A stretch of DNA of 63,996 bases, filler included, from Nanobdellati archaeon (GCA_013152815.1; 4 parts of 4 records of this genome joined end to end with filler, not necessarily neighbours in it); one strand, 5' to 3'. Shown: positions 45,439 through 55,680, counted from the first letter of the whole stretch. Made by a program: numbers and translations. Notes: a model not told the origin generated them from the letters alone.

Positions 45439-46050
45439 ATGGCTGATTCATTCGTACCCCCACAGGACATACCTCTAGATAAGGTGCTCAATCTGCGTTC
45501 TCAGGGTTTCACCGATCCCCAGATCGTCGAAGCGCTCCAGCGAGAGAGCTACCGGACCGACCAGATATACAATGCCATCAACCAGTCTGACCTCAAGCCT
45601 GCCGGAGGCCTGCAGCCTCCCTCCCTGGCACCCATGACCCCTGCTTCTGCTCCGCCCCCTGCCGCTCCTTCCCCTCCTCCCATGAACGAGTTTGCATCCG
45701 GTGTCGAGCCGGTCTTCAGCACCAACGAAGAGAAGATCGAAGAGCTCGCCGAGGCCATCATCGACGAGAAATGGAAGGAGCTCACCAAGAACATCGACAA
45801 GATCATCGAATGGAAGGACAAGACAGAGACCCGGATGAACGAGATCGATCGTTCTTTCGGCGAGATGAAGAAGTCCTTCGAGTCGCTCCACAATTCCATC
45901 CTGGGAAAAGTCTCTGAATACGACCAGAACATCCTCAATCTGGGGGCAGAGATCAAGGCCATGGAGAAGGTCTTCCAGAAACTGCTGCCCACCTTCACCG
46001 AGAACGTCAACGAACTCTCACGCATAACCACCAAGCTGAAGAAGTCCTGA
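45439..46050 (+). CDS. Coiled-coil hypothetical protein with Pro-rich linker
   Basis: GAGGAGG SD; EKIEELAEAIIDEKW followed by a long coiled coil. Confidence 0.8.
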   Translation: MADSFVPPQDIPLDKVLNLRSQGFTDPQIVEALQRESYRTDQIYNAINQSDLKPAGGLQPPSLAPMTPASAPPPAAPSPPPMNEFASGVEPVFSTNEEKIEELAEAIIDEKWKELTKNIDKIIEWKDKTETRMNEIDRSFGEMKKSFESLHNSILGKVSEYDQNILNLGAEIKAMEKVFQKLLPTFTENVNELSRITTKLKKS

Positions 46051-46146
46051 ACCCTTGGCGGCGCGTCCAAAGCAGAAGAAGCAGAAGAAGCAAAAGATGA
46101 TTTCGGTCCTTCTCATCTGAAGGACCATGGCCGATAGTGCAACGAG

Positions 46147-48009
46147 GTGGATGATATGAAAGCTGTCCTGTTCCCGATCGCGTTCGGAATCCTGTTCGTC
46201 CTGCTGGTGGCAGGCTGCGAACCCCTTGCCGGGAACCTCGGAGGCGACGCTGCACGGTTTCTCCTGAACACGAACCCTGAACCCAACAGCCTCTACCTGG
46301 AGATGGACCAGGCTGCCCTGGACGCCAATGTGGGCGATGAGGTGCAGCTCCACCTGATCTTCAACGAGATGGACCATCCGGTCTTCACCCTGGGCTTTGA
46401 TGTGGACTATGATGAGGACGCCCTGCAGTACGTGAGCTTCGAGGAGGGGACATTCTTCTCTGCCGACGGCACCAAGCCGACGGTCGTCATCCAGCCCATC
46501 AACGACCCCTCCGACGGTTACCTGAGCGACGGAGCCATCTCCATCCTCGGCCAATACCCCGGCGCGACCGGCACCGGAACAGTGGCTACGTTCACCTTCA
46601 AGATCCTCAAGGAAGGCTATGCCGACGTCTCTCTTGAAAAGGTATCTGCTTTCGATGCCAACACCGAATCCATCCCGTTCACCGTGGTCAACGGCAAGGT
46701 CTACGTGACATCATCCTGCCTGACCGATGAGGACATGGACGGCTATGGCGTCGGCTGTGACAACGGCCCGGACTGTGCCGACGACAACTTCTATGTAAAT
46801 CCCGGCAGGGAGGAGCTCTGCGACCAGATAGACAACAACTGCGACGGGAATGTCGACGAAGGTTGCAGCTGCACCGATGGTGCTGTCCGCTACTGCGGTA
46901 CCAATGTGGGCGTCTGTGAATACGGCGAGCAGACCTGCGACAATGGAGTCTGGGGCTCCTGTGAAGGCGGGATAGCGGTCGAACCCGACCGGCCCGAGAG
47001 CTGTAACGGTCTCGACGATGATTGTGACGGCCAGGTGGATGAGGGCCTGTCCAAGCAGTGCAGCGACACGTTCAAGGGTGTCTGTGCGGTCGGCACCTTA
47101 TCGTGCACCGACGGCTCCTGGGGCGGCTGTCCTCTTCCCAGTGATGAGGTCTGCGGCGACAATCTCGACAATGACTGCGACGGCCAGGTGGATGAAGGCT
47201 GCGGCTGCACCACCGGTGACACGCGTCCCTGCGGCACCAAGGATGAAGGGGCCTGTTCCTTCGGGACCCAGCAATGCACCGACGGTGCATGGGGCAACTG
47301 CATCGGCGCGGTCTATCCGGCCGATGAGGTGTGCAACAACATCGATGACGACTGCGACGGCCAGGTGGATGAAGGCCTGGTGATATCCTGCGGCGTCAAC
47401 CACAAGGGCATATGCGCCTCAGGAGATCAGGTATGCCAAGAAGGTGAATGGAGCGGCTGTCCTACACCCCAGACAGAGACATGCGGAGACGGCATCGATC
47501 AGGACTGCGACGGGAGTGACCTTGCCTGCGACGGCGCGCAAGGGACATCATGGAGCCTCTGCCTTGATACCCGGTACGGAGAATGGGGCCATGACACCTG
47601 TGCCTTGTCCAACTGTCCTGAGAACTACTATCTGGTCAACTGCCAGAAAGACATCGACGGCAACCTGCGGGAGGTCTGCATCAAGTTCACCCAGACGAGC
47701 TGCAGCGACAATCCGGTCTGCAGCAACGGCGAGGAGCTTGACACCCTCTCCTGTCAGGATGGCCAGATCCTCTGCACCCAGTCAAACCTCGATGCTGCGC
47801 GCGCTGACATGACCACGAAGTTCGAGACCTACACCGCGGCCAAAGAAGCCTATGCGAACGATCCGCAGAACCCTGACAAGGAAGCTGCCTACATGGCTGC
47901 CCAGGAGGAGTATCTGATCAGCTATAACACCTACCAGCAGACCAAGGAGTCCTGCTTTGACATCACCACAGCAATCCTCAACAACTTCAAGGAGCAGTTC
48001 ATCCGCTGA
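46147..48009 (+). CDS. Secreted/lipoprotein with cohesin domain and Cys-rich MopE-like repeats
   Basis: LVAGC lipobox-like signal; GFDVDYD..LQY..FEEG and GTVATFTF (cohesin); five or more E.C..(L/I)D(N/D/Q)(N/D)CDG repeats. Confidence 0.85.
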   Translation: MDDMKAVLFPIAFGILFVLLVAGCEPLAGNLGGDAARFLLNTNPEPNSLYLEMDQAALDANVGDEVQLHLIFNEMDHPVFTLGFDVDYDEDALQYVSFEEGTFFSADGTKPTVVIQPINDPSDGYLSDGAISILGQYPGATGTGTVATFTFKILKEGYADVSLEKVSAFDANTESIPFTVVNGKVYVTSSCLTDEDMDGYGVGCDNGPDCADDNFYVNPGREELCDQIDNNCDGNVDEGCSCTDGAVRYCGTNVGVCEYGEQTCDNGVWGSCEGGIAVEPDRPESCNGLDDDCDGQVDEGLSKQCSDTFKGVCAVGTLSCTDGSWGGCPLPSDEVCGDNLDNDCDGQVDEGCGCTTGDTRPCGTKDEGACSFGTQQCTDGAWGNCIGAVYPADEVCNNIDDDCDGQVDEGLVISCGVNHKGICASGDQVCQEGEWSGCPTPQTETCGDGIDQDCDGSDLACDGAQGTSWSLCLDTRYGEWGHDTCALSNCPENYYLVNCQKDIDGNLREVCIKFTQTSCSDNPVCSNGEELDTLSCQDGQILCTQSNLDAARADMTTKFETYTAAKEAYANDPQNPDKEAAYMAAQEEYLISYNTYQQTKESCFDITTAILNNFKEQFIR

Positions 48010-48104
48010 GCCGCTCTTCTCGGGGTTCTCCTCTGGGGTGCTTGATGCTTGAAGAGCGATAGGTGGATATGTGCCGTGATGGCTATCCTGCAGGCTCTCT
48101 GGCC

Positions 48105-49289
48105 ATGAAACGAGATGATCTGAAACACGTCGGGCACAACATCATCCTTCTAGGTATCGTCAGCTTCCTCAACGACCTGAGCAGCGAGATGATCATGCCC
48201 ATCCTGCCGCTCTTCATCGCCTCTCTCGGCGGCGGAGGCCTGGCCGTCGGGCTCATCAGCGGCCTGCGTGAGAGCATCGCAAGCATCCTGAAGATACTCT
48301 CCGGCTGGTTCTCTGACCGGACAGGACGACGGAAAGCCCTGGTCTTCTCCGGTTATCTCACCTCTGCATCCTTCAAGCTGCTCCTCGCCTTCTCCACCGC
48401 CTGGCAGCAGGTGCTCATCTTCACCGGTCTTGAACGGGTGGGCAAGGGACTCAGGACCGCTCCCCGCGATGCCATCATCTCTGACTCCCTCCCTGCCGAG
48501 CGGGGCAGGGGCTTCGGCATCCATCGGGCCATGGACACCGCTGGAGCGGTAGTGGGATCCCTGGCGGTGTTCTTCCTGTTCTGGTCTGCAGGCCTTTCCT
48601 TCGTCTCCATCATCCTCATCGCTGCTGTCTTCTCCTTCTTCTCCCTGATCCCTCTTGCCTGGGTGAAAGAGAAGAAGGCAAAGCCTCGACCGGTCTCTCT
48701 CGGCCTGGGCCTCTCGACCCTGCCGAAGGATCTCAGAAAGTTCATCCTGGTCTCTTCGGTCTTCTCCCTGGCGAACTTCTCCTACATGTTCTTCATCCTC
48801 AGGACCCAGGATCTGTTTACAGGAAAGCTTGCCGTGGGCGTTCCCATCCTCCTCTACGTGCTGTTCAACATCTTCTACGCGCTCTTCGCCATACCTTTCG
48901 GCTCGCTCTCTGACCGGCTTGGCAGGAGAACGGTCATCGCCATCGGCTATGTCCTCTTCTCTCTCACCGCCCTCGGTTTTGTCTTGTTCGATTCGCTGGC
49001 AGCGTTCATCATCCTCTTCGCCCTCTATGGGATATCCTATGCGATCATCGACGGCAACCAGCGTGCCTATGTGGCCGATCTCTCGTCAAAGAGATTGCGG
49101 GCCACTGCACTGGGGACATTTCATGCGGCAATAGGCCTTTCTGCGCTGCCGGCAGGACTGATGGCAGGCCTCCTGTGGAAGATAGCGCCAGGCTTCACGT
49201 TCCTCTTCGGCAGCCTGGTCAGCCTTGTCTCTGCGATGATGCTCCTGTCCCCTTTCTTGTCTGCGGGAAGGTCGCATCAGTCCGGTTGA
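48105..49289 (+). CDS. MFS transporter
   Basis: GWFSDRTGRRK, ERVGKGLRTAPRDA, GSLSDRLGRR; 12 TM. Confidence 0.93.
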   Translation: MKRDDLKHVGHNIILLGIVSFLNDLSSEMIMPILPLFIASLGGGGLAVGLISGLRESIASILKILSGWFSDRTGRRKALVFSGYLTSASFKLLLAFSTAWQQVLIFTGLERVGKGLRTAPRDAIISDSLPAERGRGFGIHRAMDTAGAVVGSLAVFFLFWSAGLSFVSIILIAAVFSFFSLIPLAWVKEKKAKPRPVSLGLGLSTLPKDLRKFILVSSVFSLANFSYMFFILRTQDLFTGKLAVGVPILLYVLFNIFYALFAIPFGSLSDRLGRRTVIAIGYVLFSLTALGFVLFDSLAAFIILFALYGISYAIIDGNQRAYVADLSSKRLRATALGTFHAAIGLSALPAGLMAGLLWKIAPGFTFLFGSLVSLVSAMMLLSPFLSAGRSHQSG

Positions 49290-49354
49290 TGCCCGCGGTT
49301 TTTCGGATCGTCCTTCCTGGCAAAGCATATAAATCTCCTGTCGCTTGCAGGGGT

Positions 49355-50581
49355 ATGCATGTCCTGACCAAGAGAATCTCACTGGCGAACTACAGGAACT
49401 TCCTCTGGCACGGCATCTTCCTCGCTCTCGCATCCAGCTTCATGGACGTCGACACCATCATGCCTGCCATGCTTGGTGACGCAGGAGGAAAGGCTTTCCA
49501 GATCGGCATCCTTGTCACCATCATGCTCGGCGGTTCAAGCTTCTCTCAGTTGTTCTTCGCCCCCTATCTGCACAATAGGCGATACAAGAAGACCATGCTC
49601 CTCGTCGGCATCCATCTACGAATACTTGCCCTCGCCGGTCTCTCTGCCCTGTTCTTCCTCTTCGACCGTTTCACTCCCAACCAGAAGATCTGGCTCATCC
49701 TCTTTCTGGTCTCGCTCTTCTCCTTCAGCGGGGCCTTCGCCAACATCAGCTACACAGACATCCTCGGCAAGTCAGTCCTTCCTAAACAGCGAAAATCATT
49801 CCTCTCTCTGAAACAGGTCTTCGCTGCGGCAGGGGTGTTCCTCTCCGCCATCGTAGCCCATAGAATCCTCGCTACCTATTCCCTCCCGGTCAACTATTCT
49901 TTGCTGTTCCTCTGCGCAGCCGGCTTCCTCCTGATCGCCACCGTCGGGTTCTGGCGGATAAAAGAGATCGGCAGCAAAAGTCACTATGTCCGAGACCTCA
50001 GGGGATTCATCGTCTTCATCAGGAACTCGCTCCAGAACGACATCCGATTGCGCAATTATCTCCTGCTCCTCAGCACGTTGGGCATCTCCATCAGCATCCT
50101 GCCCTTCCTCGTCCTCTATGGGAAAGCGCATTTCAGCCTGGTATCCTCTGGCGTAGGAAACCTGCTGCTGCTGAAGGTCATCGGAGTGATCAGCATGGGG
50201 GTCTTCCTGTTCTTTCTCTCTCGGCACTTCACCTATTCCAAGACACTCTATGCCAGCGTGGGTATCGCCCTTGCCATCCCTCTGGTGGTCTTCTTCGCAG
50301 GGGATAGCTATCTTCTCTTCATGCTGGCTTTCCTGCTGGGAGGCCTGCTCTTCGCCATCTATACGGTCTCCATGAACGGTGTCCTCCTGGAGATCTCCAA
50401 CACCAGGAACCGTGCTATGTACACCGGCCTTGCCGGCGTGGGCAACATCGTCCCTGCCCTGTTCCCTCTCTTCAGCGGCTGGCTCATCAAGGTACAGGGG
50501 TTTACTGCATTCTTCATCCTCTTCGGCACCATCGTCCTGAGTTCTGTCGTGTTCATCAGACGTCTGGCCTGCAGGAAGTGA
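49355..50581 (+). CDS. MFS transporter
   Basis: About 12 TM, YTDILGKSV...RKSF; TATA about 28 nt upstream. Confidence 0.85.
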   Translation: MHVLTKRISLANYRNFLWHGIFLALASSFMDVDTIMPAMLGDAGGKAFQIGILVTIMLGGSSFSQLFFAPYLHNRRYKKTMLLVGIHLRILALAGLSALFFLFDRFTPNQKIWLILFLVSLFSFSGAFANISYTDILGKSVLPKQRKSFLSLKQVFAAAGVFLSAIVAHRILATYSLPVNYSLLFLCAAGFLLIATVGFWRIKEIGSKSHYVRDLRGFIVFIRNSLQNDIRLRNYLLLLSTLGISISILPFLVLYGKAHFSLVSSGVGNLLLLKVIGVISMGVFLFFLSRHFTYSKTLYASVGIALAIPLVVFFAGDSYLLFMLAFLLGGLLFAIYTVSMNGVLLEISNTRNRAMYTGLAGVGNIVPALFPLFSGWLIKVQGFTAFFILFGTIVLSSVVFIRRLACRK

Positions 50582-50733
50582 TGTCCTTCTCTGTATTTGC
50601 GCAGATGCGGGACCGTATCTCTCGCTTTTCGGGTGGACCGGAATCTCTTCTCTCCTCGTCGTAATCCTTCTATCATCGCTTCAGAAAAAGTGATAAAGAA
50701 CGTTCTCTTCATCATCTTTTAGAAACCTTTAAG

Positions 50734-50753
50734 AACTATAGTTGAACTATAGT
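50734..50753. promoter_or_regulatory. Tandem palindromic operator of the TA operon
   Basis: AACTATAGTT-G-AACTATAGT (two ACTATAGT palindromes) between TTTAAG and the antitoxin ATG. Confidence 0.7.
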
Positions 50754-50758
50754 CGTAT

Positions 50759-50983
50759 ATGGTGACCACTATCCAGCTCAGTGAACAGGTAAAACAACAG
50801 CTCGAGAGACAGAAGACCAGCAGCAGGGAGACCTACGAAGAGGTCATCATCAGGCTTATGACATCATTTGCGAAGATGGAACAAGACAAAGAAAGACTAC
50901 TGAAAGAAGGATACCTTGAGATGGCTGAAGAGACCGCAAGAATGAACAGGGAATGGTCTGCTGCTGAACCGGGCTGGGATTGA
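50759..50983 (+). CDS. RHH-type antitoxin
   Basis: MVTTIQLS...K...ETYEEVIIRL, LLKEGYLEMA; overlaps toxin start. Confidence 0.8.
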   Translation: MVTTIQLSEQVKQQLERQKTSSRETYEEVIIRLMTSFAKMEQDKERLLKEGYLEMAEETARMNREWSAAEPGWD

Positions 50984-51327
50984 TGAGAGTACGACGTGGA
51001 CAGATCATCCTGGTCGGTCTCGATCCGGTCATTGGGGCTGAACAAGGAAAGACACGACCGGCATTGGTCATTCAAAACGATACAGGCAACCGATTCAGCC
51101 CGATAACCATCATAGCACCGATAACCTCAAAAGTCTTCAGTAAGCAATACCCGACCAATGTCACCATCTCATCGAAGGCCTCTGGTCTCAAAATGAAATC
51201 AACCATCATGCTTAACCAGATAAGAGCGATTGACAACTCTAGAATCAAGAAAGAGATCCGTATGTTGGATCGATACACGATGGGTCTTGTCGACGAGGCA
51301 ATAAAGGAAAGCCTGGGTCTGAGTTAG
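50983..51327 (+). CDS. mazF: MazF/PemK toxin
   Basis: RRGQI..V.LDPVIGAEQGKTRPALVIQND, QIRAID. Confidence 0.93.
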   Translation: MRVRRGQIILVGLDPVIGAEQGKTRPALVIQNDTGNRFSPITIIAPITSKVFSKQYPTNVTISSKASGLKMKSTIMLNQIRAIDNSRIKKEIRMLDRYTMGLVDEAIKESLGLS

Positions 51328-51487
51328 AGGGTGCTGATGTTTAATGATTTCCCGAGCTTTGTTGAAAGAAGGTTCTCCGCATTAAAAAATGTTTCCGAAA
51401 AAACATAAAGACATTTCAATTCTTTCGGATGAGTATCGACGATAGACAGGCAAAGCATAAGAAGAAAATCCTATCATGCTTTTCTGT

Positions 51488-52690
51488 ATGTTCTGGGAAA
51501 TATTGCTTGCAATCGTCATCGGGGTGACTTCCGGCATCATCACAGGCCTCATCCCCGGCATCCACATCAACCTGGTGAGCGTGCTTTTGGTGACGTCCTC
51601 TCCGTTCCTTCTGCAGTGGTTCTCTCCGCTGGCATTGGGCTGCTTCATCATCGCCATGTCTGTTGTGCATACCTTCTTAGATACCATCCCGTCCGTCTTC
51701 CTGGGAGCGCCTGAGGCAGACACTGCCTTGGGAGTATTGCCCGGCCACCGCTACCTGATGAGAGGGAACGGGTTCATGGCAGTGAAACTGACGCTCCTGG
51801 GCTCCTTTGCAGGCCTGTTCCTGTCGGTGACCCTCTTTCCCGTATTCCTCTTCATCGTCGAGAAGGCCTACAACATCATCTCCGGCCATATAGGCTGGCT
51901 CCTCCTCCTCGTCGTCATCGGCATGATACTTCGCGAGTCCAAGAAAGGCTGGGCCGTCTATATCTTCTTTATCTCCGGCGCATTGGGGTATCTGCTCCTC
52001 AACTTCGAGATCATCGAGCAGCCATTGTTCCCTCTGCTTTCCGGACTGTTCGGCGTCTCCACCCTGCTCATCAGCCTGCGCGGGAAGACAGGCATACCCC
52101 CTCAGAAGATCATGGACACGACAGAGATAAGGCCCTGGCTCATCGGCAAGGCATCTCTTTCAGGCCAGTTCTCAGGATTCCTGACAGCGATGCTCCCCGG
52201 CCTGGGTGCAGCGACGGCTGCTGTCATCGGGATGCAGCTGACAAGAAAGCTGGGAGACTATGGCTTCATGGTCCTGCTCGGAAGCATCTCCACGGTCAAT
52301 TTCGTGCTTTCCCTCGCAACCTATCTGGTCATCGGCAAGGCGAGGAACGGGTCCATCGTCGCTGTCAAAGAATTGCTGGGCAGCGCCGAACCCTCCCTCA
52401 TCATGATGTTCCTGGCCGTTGCCATCGTGGCAGGGTTCTTGTCTCTCATCCTTGGACTGGGCCTGAGCAGGTTCGTCGCAAGGCATATCTCTTCCCTCAA
52501 CTATCCCCGTCTCGTCCTTTTGGTCGTCCTCTTCATCGGCGTCCTCACCCTGCTCCTCTCCGGGCCAATCGGCCTGCTGGTGCTTCTTACGTCAACCTGC
52601 ATCGGCATCATCCCCGCCATCGTCAAGACGGCAAGGATACACGGCATGGGCTGCCTTCTCCTTCCGGTGATGCTCTACTTCCTGCTTTAA
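51488..52690 (+). CDS. TctA-family (archaeal COG1784-like) membrane protein
   Basis: GLIPGIHIN, HTFLDTIPSVFLGAP...VLPGH, GKARNG. Confidence 0.88.
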   Translation: MFWEILLAIVIGVTSGIITGLIPGIHINLVSVLLVTSSPFLLQWFSPLALGCFIIAMSVVHTFLDTIPSVFLGAPEADTALGVLPGHRYLMRGNGFMAVKLTLLGSFAGLFLSVTLFPVFLFIVEKAYNIISGHIGWLLLLVVIGMILRESKKGWAVYIFFISGALGYLLLNFEIIEQPLFPLLSGLFGVSTLLISLRGKTGIPPQKIMDTTEIRPWLIGKASLSGQFSGFLTAMLPGLGAATAAVIGMQLTRKLGDYGFMVLLGSISTVNFVLSLATYLVIGKARNGSIVAVKELLGSAEPSLIMMFLAVAIVAGFLSLILGLGLSRFVARHISSLNYPRLVLLVVLFIGVLTLLLSGPIGLLVLLTSTCIGIIPAIVKTARIHGMGCLLLPVMLYFLL

Positions 52691-53091
52691 GAAATCTTGC
52701 TCTTCAGGATGTTCAGGTATGGCTTGTCGTCATGGCTGTCCACTATCCTGATCCATTCGTTGATGATGGCCATCTTATCGGTCTCCACGGTCTTATCGGT
52801 ATAAGCGATGAATTCATCGAGGGCCTTCTTCCTGTTCACCGGCACCATCTTCCCCAACAACCCTATGCTCGTCTGGTATCTGATGAGGTCAGGTGTCGAT
52901 AGTTCGTCCAGGAAGGAGATATATTCGTTGAGTTTTTCCCAATCCTTCTCCTGCTGTCTTTCCATCATATAGAACGGGATGAATCTGATGAGCGGGATCT
53001 CCCAGAGCACCTGTTTTCCCTTTGTCTCATAGAAACGTTTCAAAGAAGAGATCATCTTTTCAAGGAATCCGCCTGATGCATGCCTCTCCAT
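52687..53091 (-). CDS. Hypothetical protein
   Basis: Helical ORF; start uncertain (MERHASGG chosen). Confidence 0.55.
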   Translation of the reverse strand: MERHASGGFLEKMISSLKRFYETKGKQVLWEIPLIRFIPFYMMERQQEKDWEKLNEYISFLDELSTPDLIRYQTSIGLLGKMVPVNRKKALDEFIAYTDKTVETDKMAIINEWIRIVDSHDDKPYLNILKSKIS

Positions 53092-53189
53092 CTTACCGGT
53101 AAGAGAACCGACCTTATTTCTTATGCATTTCCATGGTCCAACACTTCCGACAAACCGGGACCTTCGGCCTTTCTCCATGGTTGTCCACC

Positions 53190-53355
53190 TGCTCTGTAGA
53201 AAGTAGGGCCGGCATCCCACCGCGAGGCGTCCTATGAGTGTGCAGCAGAGAGTTCCGGGGGTCGGCCCCTACGGGGCCGGAACGGCAGAAGAGGCGTATT
53301 CATCGGTGGCCGAGTCCGATGCCGGCCACGCGTCAGCGTAACTTTCTACAGGGCC
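53190..53355. mobile_element. MITE, 166 bp, with terminal inverted repeats and a 9-bp target-site duplication
   Basis: GCTCTGTAGAAAGT (53191-53204) / ACTTTCTACAGGGC (53341-53354); TTGTCCACC at 53181-53189 and 53356-53364. Confidence 0.75.
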
Positions 53356-53400
53356 TTGTCCACCATAAACCATTTATACCTCTGCTGAGACGTGCTCGGC

Positions 53401-54168
53401 ATGACGACCGCAATCATCTTCGACATGGACGGCGTCCTGGTCGATATAAGCCGGTCGTTGAACCAGGCCATCATCGGGTCGGCGAAGGAATACTGTCGTC
53501 TTCGGGGAAAGAAGGCTCAGTTCTCCCCTCAGGACATCCAGCGTATCAAGAACCTGCCCGGCCACAACGATGACTGGAAGGTCGCGGCACGGCTGGCTTC
53601 CGATGCTCTCGGCGTGGCTGTCCCTGTCGGCGATGTGGCTGATGGGACCTCTCTGAAACACCTCTTCGAGGAACGTTACCTGGGAGTCCGGCTCTTCACC
53701 AGGTTCTATGGTTCCCGGCCGAAGCGCGCCTTCCCGGGTCTCATCGATGATGAGCCGCTTCTTGCGGAAAAGGCTGTCCTGGAGCGATTAAGAGCAGACC
53801 ATCCCCTCGCCATCTTTACCGGACGGCCAAGAGACCAGGCATTGTATGCCCTTGACCGGCTGGGTATCACCGATCTCTTCTCGGCCATCATCACCCGGAA
53901 CGATGTCAAAGAAGGGAAACCCTCGCCAGAAGGTCTGCTCAGGCTGCATGAGCTGATGGGCTTCGAGACCGCCTATTACCTCGGAGACAATGCCCAGGAC
54001 GACATGCTCGCAGCAAAGGCGGCGAACGAGATCATAGGAAACAGCATCGTTGCTGTCGGTGTCATTCCTCCTGCATGCCCTGATCCTGACGCACTGACAG
54101 AACTTTTCATGAAGAACGGCGCAGAGACCGTGCTTGAAAAGGCAGATCAGATTCTCGATCTGCTCTGA
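53401..54168 (+). CDS. HAD-superfamily IA hydrolase (TIGR01548-like)
   Basis: FDMDGVL, NDDW, FTGR, KPSPEG, LGD..DD. Confidence 0.88.
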   Translation: MTTAIIFDMDGVLVDISRSLNQAIIGSAKEYCRLRGKKAQFSPQDIQRIKNLPGHNDDWKVAARLASDALGVAVPVGDVADGTSLKHLFEERYLGVRLFTRFYGSRPKRAFPGLIDDEPLLAEKAVLERLRADHPLAIFTGRPRDQALYALDRLGITDLFSAIITRNDVKEGKPSPEGLLRLHELMGFETAYYLGDNAQDDMLAAKAANEIIGNSIVAVGVIPPACPDPDALTELFMKNGAETVLEKADQILDLL

Positions 54169-54277
54169 GGATGACAATTGTTGCAGCCCCTTCTTCTCGT
54201 GCTGTCTGCTCTCCTGCTGTTTTTGTCGAAGCCCAAGCAAAACCCTTTTAAATGAATCCCTGTTAAGGAGAGGTATC

Positions 54278-55404
54278 ATGAAACTCCAGAACGCGAGAGG
54301 CGTGCGGGACATCCCTCCCCCATTGAAGATCCGCAGGCAGGCCATCATCGATGTACTCCGAGGCGTCTTTGAAAGCTACGGCTTCAACCCGCTTGAGACC
54401 CCTATCATCGAACGCTTCGACATCCTCTCGGCAAAATACGGCGGCGGAGAGGAGATACTCAAGGAGACCTTCAAGCTTACAGACCAGGGGAAGAGGGAAT
54501 TGGGATTGCGATTCGACCTCACCGTCCCTCTGAGCCGGTTCGTCGGCATGAACCCCAATCTCAAGATGCCCTTCAAGCGCTACCAGATCGGACGTGTCTT
54601 CCGCGATGGTCCCATCAAGCTGGGACGGTACCGGGAGTTCTGGCAGTGCGACGTGGACATCATCGGCTGCAAAGGCATGGAAGCAGAGGCAGAACTGCTC
54701 ACCATCGCAACCGATGTGTTCCTGAAGCTCTCCATGCCTGCTGTCATCAAGGTCAACAACAGGAAACTCCTCAACGGCATCCTGACTGACGCGGGAATGA
54801 CAGAGAACCATGACGCAGCCATCCTCTCGCTCGACAAGCTTGCCAAGATAGGGAAGGACGGTGTCGCGAAAGAGCTTTCCGGGAAAGGATTCTCCGAAGA
54901 GACCATCCAGAAGATCCTGGGCTACTTCGAACAGGACCTGTCCTGGTTTGCCAAGAACATCAGTGACGACGAAGGGAAAGAGGGCGTCGCAGAGCTGCAG
55001 GCGCTTTTCAAACTGCTCGGCAGGAACGATGCTGTCGTCTTCGACCCCTCGCTCTCACGCGGGTTGTCCTACTATACCGGCACGGTCTTCGAAGCGTTCC
55101 TCAAAGATGCGAAGATCACCTCTGCGGTGGCCGGCGGCGGCAGGTACGATCGCATGATAAGCGACTATCTCGACGCGAAGAAAGCATATCCTGCCGTCGG
55201 CATCTCATTCGGCCTTGAGGTCATCACCGACTCGGCAGAAGCGGACAACGCGAAGAAGACGGTCTCGCAGCTGTTCATCATCCCGGTCGGGAAGGATTTC
55301 TATGATGCATCCCTGAAGGTCGCGAAGGAGCTCCGTCGTCAAGGAATCAATGTGGAGATAGACCTCATGCGCCGCGGCCTCATGAAGAACCTCAACTATG
55401 CCAA
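54278..55404 (+). CDS. hisS: Histidyl-tRNA synthetase (3' truncated by contig end)
   Basis: LRFDLTVP, FRDGP...GRYREFWQCD, SRGLSYYTG, AGGGRYD. Confidence 0.96.
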
Positions 55405-55504
55405 NNNNNNNNNNNNNNNNNNNNNNNNNNNNNNNNNNNNNNNNNNNNTTAATTAATTAANNNNNNNNNNNNNNNNNNNNNNNNNNNNNNNNNNNNNNNN
55501 NNNN
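55405..55504. other. Artificial contig spacer
   Basis: N-run, TTAATTAATTAA, N-run. Confidence 0.98.
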
Positions 55505-55680
55505 CGGAGTCACTGCGGGACAAGGTCGACGACCTGATAACAGTGCCGTCGGCGCACTTTTCGCTCTCCCCTCTCATCAACGTCATACCGCTTCAACTCC
55601 TTGCATACCATGTGGGCATACTGAGGGGATGCGACGTCGACCAGCCGCGAAACCTGGCAAAGAGTGTGACGGTAGAGTAA
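55505..55680 (+). CDS. glmS: 3' end of glutamine-fructose-6-phosphate aminotransferase
   Basis: Manual translation ends [30 protein letters not shown]. Confidence 0.95.

Noticed and set aside
46800..47520. CRISPR-like periodic repeats (GACTGCGACGGCCAGGTGGATGAAGGC)
   Set aside because: In-frame protein repeats (DCDGQVDEG) with irregular coding spacers; no cas genes
53190..53355. SRP RNA or RNase P RNA
   Set aside because: No SRP helix-8 GNRA/CAGG-AGCA motif and no RNase P P4 (GAGGAAAGUCC) signature; TIRs plus target duplication favour a MITE
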